Shown here: positions 26,767 to 35,990 of the stretch, piece after piece
Layout of the letters: each line of letters opens with the position of its first letter
Position numbering within the stretch: the stretch's first letter is position 1
Assembly (NCBI GenBank): GCA_030765555.1
Contig: JAVCCI010000034.1
Coordinates: 1 to 50,208, forward strand
Origin: Candidatus Kappaea frigidicola
GTDB lineage: Bacteria > Omnitrophota > Gorgyraeia > JAGLLT01
Reading direction: 5' to 3'
DNA length: 50,208 nt
Notes under the pieces: generated by a model
What the model was told of the DNA's origin: nothing
Seen by the model: only the letters and a program-made list of their open reading frames with translations
Databases searched by the model: none
Translations under genes and position numbers: made by a program

Positions 26767-27984
26767 TTAACTAAATAAATCAGCCATATTAAATATCGGT
26801 AAATAAAGTGCCAAAACTATTCCTCCAATAACCACTCCCAAAACAACAATAACTAAGGGTTCAATCAGCGAAGTCAAACTTTCCACTGTTGTACTCACTT
26901 CATCATCATAAAAATTTGCTACTTTAACAAGCATTTCTTCCAACGAACCAGTTTGTTCTCCGACCGCCACCATTTTAACAACTAATGGTGGAAATATAGG
27001 ACTCTTGGACAGCGGCTGAGCAATGGTCTCTCCTCCTTTAACGCTCTCAAGAACATCCCTAATTACATTCTCAATAACTCTATTGCCGCATGTTTTTGCC
27101 ACAATATCTAGAGAAGTTAATATTGAAACACCACTTTTTGCAAGCGTTGCCAGAGTTCTTGAAAATCTTGATATGGCAACTTTTTTTATTAATTTCCCAG
27201 CTATTGGTAATTTAAGTATTGATCTATCAATTATTTCCCTTCCCTTGTTAGTTTTTCCAATCATTACAAAACCCACGACCAATACAACCATTGATAATAA
27301 AACCAAAATTAAATATTTTGTTACAATAGCACTTGCAGTCATCAATACTTGTGTTGGCCCAGGAAGATCTGCACCAAAACCTGAATAGATTTCAGCAAAA
27401 GAAGGCACCACACTAACCAGCATAAATATAGTTATTCCTACTACAGCTACCATTATAGTAATTGGATAAACTAAAGCAGCTTTAACTTTCTTTTGAAGCT
27501 TACTACTATCTTCAAAGTATGATGCCATACGCATCAAGATATCATCCAACATACCTGAAGCCTCTCCAGCGGAGATCATATTAATGAATAGACTAGAAAA
27601 GGCTTTAGGATACTTACCTAGGGCCTCAGAAAGACTACTTCCTCCCTCAACTGATTCCTTTACTTTTGTGATAAGAAGCTTTAAAGATTTATTTTCAGAT
27701 TGTTCAGATAAAATCTCTAAGCCCTGAACCAAAGGTAAGCCAGCATTAACCATTGTAGCTAATTGTCTAGAGAATACAGCTAGCTCATCAATAGAAATTT
27801 TTACACTTGATAAAGAGGGCATCAAATTAAAAGAAAAAGAAGATTTTTTAAGAGGAGTAATATTGATTATGATTGAAGCTCTGTCTCTCAATAAGCTTGC
27901 AACAACATCCTGATTCGGAGCTTCAATAGAGCCCGTCAGCGTTTTTCCTTGCTTGTCTTTTATAATATATTTAAATTCAGACAT
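26767..27984 (-). CDS. pilC: Type IV pilus platform protein PilC
   Basis: 405 aa with two GspF/T2SSF repeats and three TM segments. Follows the pilB genes. Confidence 0.9.
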   Translation of the reverse strand: MSEFKYIIKDKQGKTLTGSIEAPNQDVVASLLRDRASIIINITPLKKSSFSFNLMPSLSSVKISIDELAVFSRQLATMVNAGLPLVQGLEILSEQSENKSLKLLITKVKESVEGGSSLSEALGKYPKAFSSLFINMISAGEASGMLDDILMRMASYFEDSSKLQKKVKAALVYPITIMVAVVGITIFMLVSVVPSFAEIYSGFGADLPGPTQVLMTASAIVTKYLILVLLSMVVLVVGFVMIGKTNKGREIIDRSILKLPIAGKLIKKVAISRFSRTLATLAKSGVSILTSLDIVAKTCGNRVIENVIRDVLESVKGGETIAQPLSKSPIFPPLVVKMVAVGEQTGSLEEMLVKVANFYDDEVSTTVESLTSLIEPLVIVVLGVVIGGIVLALYLPIFNMADLFS

Positions 27985-27988
27985 AGTT

Positions 27989-29683
27989 TTATTCAGACGT
28001 TATACGAATAACTTCTTCAACAGTAGTAAGACCCATAAGAAACTTTTGAATTGCATTTTCTCGTAAGGTTTTCATACCTTTAGAACGAGCATATTCCTTT
28101 ATATCATCACTTGATGATCTCTTCAATATCATCTCTCTGATAGTGTCATCTATCTCAAGCACTTCTAACGTACCCATTCTTCCACGATAACCTGTCTGAT
28201 TACAATGCTTACATCCAATTGCCTGATAGCCCATAACATCCTTGTCAGTATTAATATCAAGTTTTTCTAATACCTCTTTTGGAACTTTGTACTGCTGGCG
28301 ACATTCAGAACAGACTTTCCTACATAATCTTTGAGCAACCGTTAATATCAAACTTGAAGATATAAGAAATGGCTCAATGCCCATGTCAATTAAGCGAGTT
28401 ATAGCACCCGCTGCATCATTTGTATGCAAAGTGCTAAAAATCAACAAACCTGTCAGAGAAGATTTAATTGCAATATCTGCAGTCTCAGAATCTCTAATTT
28501 CACCCACCATGATTACATCAGGACTTTGCCTTAAAATCGAACGAAGACCTACGGAAAAAGTAAGGCTAATCTCGGGCTTAACTTGAACTTGAGTTATACC
28601 CTCAACTTGATATTCCACCGGATCTTCGATAGTCATCAAATTAACATCTGGTTTATTAATCCTATTCAATATCGAATAAAGAGTTGTAGATTTACCGGAA
28701 CCAGTCGGACCTGTCACTAAAATCATTCCATAAGGATGGGCAATTGCTCTATTAAACGCCGCTAAAGGCTCAGGTAAAAACCCCAGCTTTTCAAGTCCGA
28801 CGCTCAAATTAGATTTATCTAATGCTCTTAAAACTATTTTTTCACCATATGTAATCGGCAAACAGGAAACTCTAAAATCTATATCTTTCTTTTCGAATTC
28901 AATCTTAAACCTGCCATCCTGTGGCATTCTTCTTTCGGTTATATCCATATTGGACATAATTTTTAAGCGTGCTATTAAAGCATTTTGATATTTTTTAGGA
29001 ACTTCAAAGGCCTCTTGCAATTCACCATCAACACGATATCTAATCCTTAAGATATCTTCATATGGCTCTAAATGAATATCACTAGCTCTTCTTTTTAAGC
29101 CTTCAGTAATTATCTTGTTAACTATATTTATAACTGGAATCTTTTCATCAATTTCCAGTTTTTGAACCTGGCTTCTCGCTGGGCCAATCTCTACATCAAC
29201 ACTTCCACTGGACTCTTGAAGCATATCAACTACTTCAGCACCTACTCCTCCGTAATTACGGCTTATAGCACTTTTCATTTCGCTTTCAGATACTATAATT
29301 GGCTTTATTGTCATATTAGTAAGAGTCTTTAAATCATCTAAAGCAAAGATATTTAAAGGATCAGACATAGCTAATGTTAAATTATTACCAATTTTAGACA
29401 CTGGTAAAACATAATAATGTCCAGCTACTTGCTGAGGAATTATTTTTAAAATCTCTGGTGAGATTTTCATCTTAGATAGCTTAATGACCGGCATATCTAA
29501 TTGTTTCGCCAGACAACCCATAAGATGTTCTTCGCTTATCACTCCTTGATGAATAAGAATTTTACTTAAGTGTCCTCCTTCATTCTTTTGGACCTGAATG
29601 GCTTTATCAAGCGCTTCTTGCGATATCAGCTGACTATCAACTAATATCTTTTTTAATTTATCTTCAAAATTTGTACCTGTCAT
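27989..29683 (-). CDS. pilB: Type IV pilus assembly ATPase PilB/GspE family, paralog 2
   Basis: T2SSE_N domain, Walker A GPTGSGKST, Asp/His boxes, and tetra-Cys CSEC...CKHC. 564 aa. Confidence 0.9.
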   Translation of the reverse strand: MTGTNFEDKLKKILVDSQLISQEALDKAIQVQKNEGGHLSKILIHQGVISEEHLMGCLAKQLDMPVIKLSKMKISPEILKIIPQQVAGHYYVLPVSKIGNNLTLAMSDPLNIFALDDLKTLTNMTIKPIIVSESEMKSAISRNYGGVGAEVVDMLQESSGSVDVEIGPARSQVQKLEIDEKIPVINIVNKIITEGLKRRASDIHLEPYEDILRIRYRVDGELQEAFEVPKKYQNALIARLKIMSNMDITERRMPQDGRFKIEFEKKDIDFRVSCLPITYGEKIVLRALDKSNLSVGLEKLGFLPEPLAAFNRAIAHPYGMILVTGPTGSGKSTTLYSILNRINKPDVNLMTIEDPVEYQVEGITQVQVKPEISLTFSVGLRSILRQSPDVIMVGEIRDSETADIAIKSSLTGLLIFSTLHTNDAAGAITRLIDMGIEPFLISSSLILTVAQRLCRKVCSECRQQYKVPKEVLEKLDINTDKDVMGYQAIGCKHCNQTGYRGRMGTLEVLEIDDTIREMILKRSSSDDIKEYARSKGMKTLRENAIQKFLMGLTTVEEVIRITSE

Positions 29684-29686
29684 CTT

Positions 29687-31414
29687 CTAATCAACCGTCA
29701 CTCTCAATATCTCTTCTAAACTTGTTATGCCTCTCATAGCTTTTAATAAACTATTTTCGCGTAAGTTATGCATGCCCTCTTTTCTGGCTTGCTCAGCTAT
29801 TAACGATTCAGCCTCTTTCTTAATAATCATATCTTTAATAGTAGGTGATAAAATAAAAGCTTCACTAATTACTGTTCGACCTTTATATCCTGTATTTTTA
29901 CAATTAGGGCATCCCTTACCTTTAAAAAATTCACCTATGGTAATATTCATTTTTTTTTCAAATTCCACAAGACCCAAATCTTTACGCATAGCCTCAGTTA
30001 CTTTATAAGATTCCTTGCACTCTGGACATATCTTCCTAACTAATCTTTGAGCTAAAAACAAAAGGCAAGATGAAGTAATTAAAAAAGGTTCAACACCCAT
30101 ATCCACCAATCTAATAACTGAACCTGCAGCAGAAGTTGTATGTAGAGTGCTCAAAACTAAATGCCCCGTAAGAGCTGATTTAATAGCTACATCTACCGTT
30201 TCAAAGTCTCTAATTTCACCAACCATAATCACATCGGGATCTTGTCTCAATATAGATCTTAAAGCGCTGGCAAAAGTTAACCCGGACTCCGGCAAAGATG
30301 TTACCTGATTAATTCCATAAAGCTCATATTCAACTGGATCTTCAACTGTCACTAAGTTTTTTGTAGGTTTATCAATAAATTGAAGTATAGAATAAAGTGT
30401 TGTTGTTTTTCCGCAACCCGTAGGACCACAGGCTATTATCATGCCATGCGGTTTTAAAGCATTTGATTTAATCTTCTCTAATGCATCATCTTCAAATCCA
30501 AGCTTATCAATTTCTAATGAGGCAGTAGACTTATCTAATACGCGCAAAGCAATTTTCTCACCAAAGATCGAAGGCAAAACTGATACTCTATAATCAACAT
30601 CTCGTTTAGAAACTTTTGCTTTAAACCTACCATCTTGGGGTAATCTATGCTCAGAAATATTGAGGTTGCTCATAACTTTAATTCTTGAAACTAAAGCATT
30701 GTGAAGTGATTTAGGAACAGGAGGACTATCCTCTAAAATACCATCTATTCTATATCTAACCGAGGTTTTCTTTTCCTGTGGCTCTATTAAAACATCACTT
30801 GCTCCTCTATTTACAGCTTCAGTAAGAATAAAGTTAGTTAATCTAACAACAGGCTTTTCACCCATTTTTTCTAGTAGCGCCTCAGCATCATGTACTACGT
30901 CTTCTTTAGTCACTTTAACATTCTTTAAAAGCGCAGTCTCATTTTCTTTTAGAAACGAATCAAATTTATCAGCCGCTGCAGGTTCATAATACTTATCTAA
31001 AGCACTCATAATCTCATCTTCAGTGCTTATAATCGGTTGTATTGTAAATTTAGTTAAAGTTTTAATATCGTCGATAGCAAAAACGTTGAGAGGGTCAGCC
31101 ATGGCAATGGTAAGCGTATTACCTATCTTAGATACCGGCATGAAAATATAGCGCCTGGCCAGGTCCTCAGGAATTAAACTAACTACATCTTTATTAATCC
31201 TTACTTTTTTTAGAGAAATAGGTGGAATCCCCAACTTTTGGCTAAGCGCAGCCATTAGATCATCTTGATTAACAAACTTATTAGTTATTAATATATCACG
31301 TAATTTACCCTTTTTTTCTTTTTGAATTTTAAGAGCTTCATCAAGCTGCTCTTGGGATAACAGCTTTGTATCAATTAAAATTTGGACTAACTCTTCTTTT
31401 AAACTTTTAGACAT
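29687..31414 (-). CDS. pilB: Type IV pilus assembly ATPase PilB/GspE family, paralog 1
   Basis: T2SSE_N domain, Walker A variant GPTGCGKTT, and tetra-Cys CPEC...CPNC. 575 aa. Confidence 0.9.
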   Translation of the reverse strand: MSKSLKEELVQILIDTKLLSQEQLDEALKIQKEKKGKLRDILITNKFVNQDDLMAALSQKLGIPPISLKKVRINKDVVSLIPEDLARRYIFMPVSKIGNTLTIAMADPLNVFAIDDIKTLTKFTIQPIISTEDEIMSALDKYYEPAAADKFDSFLKENETALLKNVKVTKEDVVHDAEALLEKMGEKPVVRLTNFILTEAVNRGASDVLIEPQEKKTSVRYRIDGILEDSPPVPKSLHNALVSRIKVMSNLNISEHRLPQDGRFKAKVSKRDVDYRVSVLPSIFGEKIALRVLDKSTASLEIDKLGFEDDALEKIKSNALKPHGMIIACGPTGCGKTTTLYSILQFIDKPTKNLVTVEDPVEYELYGINQVTSLPESGLTFASALRSILRQDPDVIMVGEIRDFETVDVAIKSALTGHLVLSTLHTTSAAGSVIRLVDMGVEPFLITSSCLLFLAQRLVRKICPECKESYKVTEAMRKDLGLVEFEKKMNITIGEFFKGKGCPNCKNTGYKGRTVISEAFILSPTIKDMIIKKEAESLIAEQARKEGMHNLRENSLLKAMRGITSLEEILRVTVD

Positions 31415-31422
31415 TATTTATT

Positions 31423-31938
31423 TTATTCTTTCTTTTCCCTATCAGCACTATCAACTTGTCTGGGAGCATTACCAAAGTTGAATTTTGAAACATCCGTTTG
31501 TTCTGCTTGTTGATGTTTGCCATAAAAACGATCCAGGGCTCTACTTATATCACTTGCAGTACTAACAAAGGGAGTAACCTTACACCCCGTTAAATATTCG
31601 ATATCCCTAATGGCAAAGTCGTTCAAAGGATCAGCCATTACAGCAGTTAAGATATTACCAATTTTATCAATTGGTACTAAAAAGTACTGCCTAGCTACAT
31701 GTTCGGGCACCATTTTAACTGCTTCTGGATTAACATCATAATTTTCCAGCGGCATATAAGGAAAACCATATTGATCTGCCAAAGACATAACAAGATCTTG
31801 CTCACTCATGAATTTAAGTTCAATTAGAATTTGACCAATAAGACCGCCCTTTTCTTTTTGATACTTCAAAGCGTTCTCTAATTGATCAGAAGTAATTATT
31901 TTTTTATCAATTAGAAGTTGGCCAAGTTGTTTTTTCAT
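31423..31938 (-). CDS. Stand-alone T2SSE_N / MshEN-like domain protein (no ATPase domain)
   Basis: 171 aa that aligns by eye with the N-termini of both PilB paralogs (KIGNILTAVMADPLNDFAIRDIEYLTG vs KIGNTLTIAMADPLNVFAIDDIKTLT). Tandem 24-residue xLGxxLI...L...L..Q motifs are separated by a 5-residue spacer. Confidence 0.75.
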   Translation of the reverse strand: MKKQLGQLLIDKKIITSDQLENALKYQKEKGGLIGQILIELKFMSEQDLVMSLADQYGFPYMPLENYDVNPEAVKMVPEHVARQYFLVPIDKIGNILTAVMADPLNDFAIRDIEYLTGCKVTPFVSTASDISRALDRFYGKHQQAEQTDVSKFNFGNAPRQVDSADREKKE

Positions 31939-31956
31939 AATCTTATCCCCTTATAC

Positions 31957-34900
31957 TCAACCATTATTATTCTGATGGCGTTCAATAGACTCATATGCTT
32001 TTTTTGCTTTCCTTCTGACTTCTTGATTACTATATTCCATATATGATTTCAAACTAGGTAAACAAGATGGGTCTTTAATAAAACCCATTATTTCAATAAT
32101 ATTGCTAATCTCTTCAGCTTCTTTAGTTGCTGAGATTCTATATCTTAGTATCTCAGAAGTTTTCTTAGGATATTTTTTTAAAAAAACACTAACATATTGA
32201 CGGTTAAAATAAGCATCAAAGGGATCTATCTTCTTATTAACAGACAAAATAACATCTAGAAGAGGTTCAACTGTAGCCTCTTGTGCTAATTCTAAAATAT
32301 GCATAGCACCAGTCAATATTTTTTTATCTACCTTACCACCAAATATAGCAACTACATTTTCCAAGGCTTGCTTATCAGTTGCTGTTTTTAATACTTTCTG
32401 AAGTAATGCTTTGTGGGGCTCTGATAAATCATTCTTCTCATCTAGAATTTTTTTTACTTTATCAAGCAATTGCCCTGCATTAACAAAACTTTTATTGTTT
32501 AAATACCCGGCAACCAACTTAATCAAGGCTTTAATGTATTCTTCATAAATTTCTGGATCTTGCTCCTGCTCCATTACACCTAAAATAAAATCTACGATAA
32601 ATTTCAGAGTTTTAATTGCCTCATTAGAAGCCAATATATCAATAACACTCATTAAATTAGATGAGATATAACCTCTTACTTGTTTTTTTTCTGATTTTAA
32701 ATTGTTTAATATCTTCCCAAGCACACCTATAACTTCACCTTCTCTAGAATCAGCTAACAAATCATAAAAAACTTGCTTTGTGCTTTCTAAAACATCCTGA
32801 TCAAGAAAAGCTTCAGACCCCAGCTCTTTAATTTTTACAATTTTCTCATCCGAACTTAATTCTCTCCACAAATCAGGCTTTAATAGGTTGAGAATTTGCT
32901 CATCCGATAGGCCACTTTTATGGAAATCCGGCTTAATCAAATTCAACACTTTGCCCCTTTTCTCTTCCTCAGGAAGAAAGCGTCGAACATAATCCTTGAG
33001 ATCATCAAAAGTTAGCTTTTGTTCCTTAAAACGTACGGCTTCTTGTTTTAAGAAAGTTGAAATTTCATCATCAGACATATTGATAAAAGCATTACTTACA
33101 TCTTCAGGAGAAATACCTATGTTTTTTAAATTTTTCTGGCGCAAAATTTTAGAACGTAGATCAGGCTGCAAACTTAAAATAAACTTAGGAAGATTTTCCT
33201 CATATTTACGTTTAGCTTCTTCATCCTCAGTAGATACCTCTTCATTAATTTTCTTTAAACCCTGCCCAACCATATTTACTTTTTCATCTAAATCCATCTT
33301 GCTGTAATCAACATCCTGTGAACTTCCTTCATTTTCACTAGGACCCTCTGATATAATCTTTGCTAAATAATTAGGGTCTTGACTAAATAAATCCAACATA
33401 GACACTTGAGATCCAGCATCCGCTTGTGGCCTTCCTAACATATAATTAATTAACATAACCTCATTAATTTTCCTCTTTTTATCCTGAGTTCTACCAAGCT
33501 GTTTTTTAAGCATTTTTTCATAATGAACCATGTTGACTTTTATCTTATTAATATTATTAGCATTAAATATTTCTGGCAGGCTGCCTAAATCTTCAATTTC
33601 AGAAGTTTTTTTAGATAAAGATGAAAATAATGTATCCAGCTCTCTCAAAACTATTCCTTTTTCAAAAGAAAGTGATTGTATTCTGTAGTCTTTAAGAAGT
33701 TTTCCCAAGCTGTCCGCGATTGTATTTTTTATTTCGCGGCTTTTCAATTCTCTGCCATTAACCAAGAGAAAACCTTCAACTTCTGAAAAAGAAATAACAC
33801 CATATTTATTAAATAATTGAGCCAGTAAATTATAAAATTCATTAGTTGAATCAGACCTCACCTTACTACCGGCTGGATAAAGGCTAAAATTAACAATTCC
33901 AGTTTTAAGAGATACTATTAATTGTGAAACAATACCAAAATCTTCATTTTTTAATGGTTCTACTGCTAATGCTAATTCTTCCTCTTCTTCATCTTTTAGA
34001 CCCGCCAATTCCTGAGATAACACTTGTTGTAAATATTGATTAGCTTCAACTGGATTAAAGCTTTTATCCGCTTTAGCTTGAGCTATCTTAGAATAATTAT
34101 TAGCTTTAGTGCTATCCTTTGCTTTCTTAAAATGATATGCCAAAAGACTTGCAATAGCTTGGGGATTAGCCGAACTTGTTTCTTCTGCAATTTGGGCAAA
34201 CTTTCCATGAAGTTTATCACGCTCTTCTTCCTTAATCTGAGCATAAACAACTTCCCAGAGTAATTTATTCCTAAAAGCATGTATGACTTGACCATCAGCT
34301 TCTCTTGATTCTATTAGTCTTTCATTAACAGCTCTATCTATCATCTCCTCAATGTAGCCAGGATTCTTACCGATCATTTTTTGCAAAGGCTCTAAAGTGA
34401 ACTCTTGTCCAAGGATTGCCGCATTAGACAAGAACTGCCTAGTCTCCTCATCCATATTCTTAACTTTTTGCTCAAGTATCTGCTTAATACCCGAAGAAAG
34501 ATCTTCATCCTTAACTTCCTTGTGCTGCCAAGATCCATCTTTAAAAAAGACCACTTCCTTTTCAACAAAATGTTTTAATGATTCTTCAATGAAATAAGGA
34601 TTACCCTCTGTTCTAGTGCAAAACTTCTGAAGCAATTCTGGGTCAAACTGCATCCCCTCAAATATTGCCATCACCATAGACTGGGTTTCTTCAGAATTAA
34701 ACGGTTTTAATTCAATATTGATAGTATTTTCATCTTTTTGCAATTTCTCAAATTGCTCTTTTAGTTCAGATTCATGCTCTAATCTTCTTTGTAATTCAGA
34801 TGGCCTTAAAGCCCCCATAAAAGCAATTTTTTTATCTTTACGATTAACCAACATGTAATTTATCAAAGAAGCTGTGGCCATATCGACCCACTGAAAATTA

Positions 34901-35982
34901 TCGAAACTAACTAAAAATTGTTTAACATCAGATATCTTACATAATAAATTTACTAAACCATTGAATAGGTTAAATCTAGAATTTTTATCATCAACTTTAT
35001 TTATATCAATTTTTTTTGAAGTGTATTCTGATAGGGCAGGCTCTAAATCGAAAAGCTGCGCAACTTCTTCATCCGCCAAGGAATCCATAATCACTTTAGC
35101 ATCACCTTTAAGCGATTTTAAAAATCTTTCAAGATTAGCTGATAAAACCTGATATGGTTGATCGGAAATTGCCTCTGTGCATCTAGCCGTAAAACACAAA
35201 CTTTCTTTTTCGAAAGCATATTTTCTGATCTCCGATTGCAATCGTGTCTTACCTAAACCTGCCTCTGCAGATAAAAAAACGGCCTTTGAAATACTCTCAT
35301 TAAAACATACATCTAAAACTTGCTTTATTTTAGATAATTCTACTGATCTAGCTATAATTCTCTGGCATGGAAAAATTTCTAAAATTTTATTTTTATTTAA
35401 AATGTCTTCAGGAACATCAGCAAAAACAGAAACCTGATTACGTCCACTACGCTTTGACAAATATAAGGCTTCATCAGCTCTATATATTAATTTTTCAGCG
35501 TCCTGAGCATCGCGCGGAAAAACTGCCATTCCTAAACTCAGCGTTAAGGTTAAATCCGGCTGCCCCTCATCACCAACAAACGAATATTGAGAAACTTTAC
35601 CAATGAGTCTCTTAGCAATTTTTAGAGAATCACCTTCTTCTGCTGTAGGAAGCATAACAACGAATTCATCTCCTGCATACCTAATAATCTCATCTGAATC
35701 TCTAAAACTTTCTCTTAGCAAGTTAGATACTTCCGTCAAAACCTTGTCCCCTCTTTGATGTCCATATGTATCATTGACATCTTTAAATTTATCAACGTCA
35801 ATCATAAATAATGATAGAGGATAATCGCTCCTCACAGCCTGCCTGATAATCTCCGGCAAACGCTTATTCAGATATCTGCGATTATGTAGTTTGGTTAAAT
35901 CGTCTTTATATATTAACTCTTGCGCTTCAAGCGCATCATGCTCTATCTGTGATTGATCTTGTTTGCGACGTTCTTCCTGCAT
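31957..35982 (-). CDS. Giant multidomain signalling protein: GGDEF (AGDEF active site plus RxxD I-site), AAA_16/STAND P-loop NTPase, helical repeats, C-terminal HEAT-like repeats
   Basis: aa 25-187 form a GGDEF domain (RDSDEIIRYAGDEFVV). aa 205-470 form a STAND/AAA_16-like module (AEAGLGKTRL Walker A, LVSFDNFQWVD Walker B, TEGNPYFIEE). The C-terminus carries a PSCLPSLKSYMEYSNQEVRRKA HEAT/PBS-lyase-like repeat. Confidence 0.8.
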   Translation of the reverse strand: MQEERRKQDQSQIEHDALEAQELIYKDDLTKLHNRRYLNKRLPEIIRQAVRSDYPLSLFMIDVDKFKDVNDTYGHQRGDKVLTEVSNLLRESFRDSDEIIRYAGDEFVVMLPTAEEGDSLKIAKRLIGKVSQYSFVGDEGQPDLTLTLSLGMAVFPRDAQDAEKLIYRADEALYLSKRSGRNQVSVFADVPEDILNKNKILEIFPCQRIIARSVELSKIKQVLDVCFNESISKAVFLSAEAGLGKTRLQSEIRKYAFEKESLCFTARCTEAISDQPYQVLSANLERFLKSLKGDAKVIMDSLADEEVAQLFDLEPALSEYTSKKIDINKVDDKNSRFNLFNGLVNLLCKISDVKQFLVSFDNFQWVDMATASLINYMLVNRKDKKIAFMGALRPSELQRRLEHESELKEQFEKLQKDENTINIELKPFNSEETQSMVMAIFEGMQFDPELLQKFCTRTEGNPYFIEESLKHFVEKEVVFFKDGSWQHKEVKDEDLSSGIKQILEQKVKNMDEETRQFLSNAAILGQEFTLEPLQKMIGKNPGYIEEMIDRAVNERLIESREADGQVIHAFRNKLLWEVVYAQIKEEERDKLHGKFAQIAEETSSANPQAIASLLAYHFKKAKDSTKANNYSKIAQAKADKSFNPVEANQYLQQVLSQELAGLKDEEEEELALAVEPLKNEDFGIVSQLIVSLKTGIVNFSLYPAGSKVRSDSTNEFYNLLAQLFNKYGVISFSEVEGFLLVNGRELKSREIKNTIADSLGKLLKDYRIQSLSFEKGIVLRELDTLFSSLSKKTSEIEDLGSLPEIFNANNINKIKVNMVHYEKMLKKQLGRTQDKKRKINEVMLINYMLGRPQADAGSQVSMLDLFSQDPNYLAKIISEGPSENEGSSQDVDYSKMDLDEKVNMVGQGLKKINEEVSTEDEEAKRKYEENLPKFILSLQPDLRSKILRQKNLKNIGISPEDVSNAFINMSDDEISTFLKQEAVRFKEQKLTFDDLKDYVRRFLPEEEKRGKVLNLIKPDFHKSGLSDEQILNLLKPDLWRELSSDEKIVKIKELGSEAFLDQDVLESTKQVFYDLLADSREGEVIGVLGKILNNLKSEKKQVRGYISSNLMSVIDILASNEAIKTLKFIVDFILGVMEQEQDPEIYEEYIKALIKLVAGYLNNKSFVNAGQLLDKVKKILDEKNDLSEPHKALLQKVLKTATDKQALENVVAIFGGKVDKKILTGAMHILELAQEATVEPLLDVILSVNKKIDPFDAYFNRQYVSVFLKKYPKKTSEILRYRISATKEAEEISNIIEIMGFIKDPSCLPSLKSYMEYSNQEVRRKAKKAYESIERHQNNNG

Positions 35983-35990
35983 TTATAATA

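Noticed and set aside
29942-29950. A9 homopolymer inside pilB paralog 1 (also A8 tracts in the pseudopilin leader at ~4454-4461, in pilO and in pilM) as phase-variation switches
   Set aside because: The tracts encode Lys-Lys (AAA AAA) in a Lys-rich, AT-rich genome, so they are expected by composition. They are shorter than typical contingency loci, and there is no evidence of frame-restoring alternatives.
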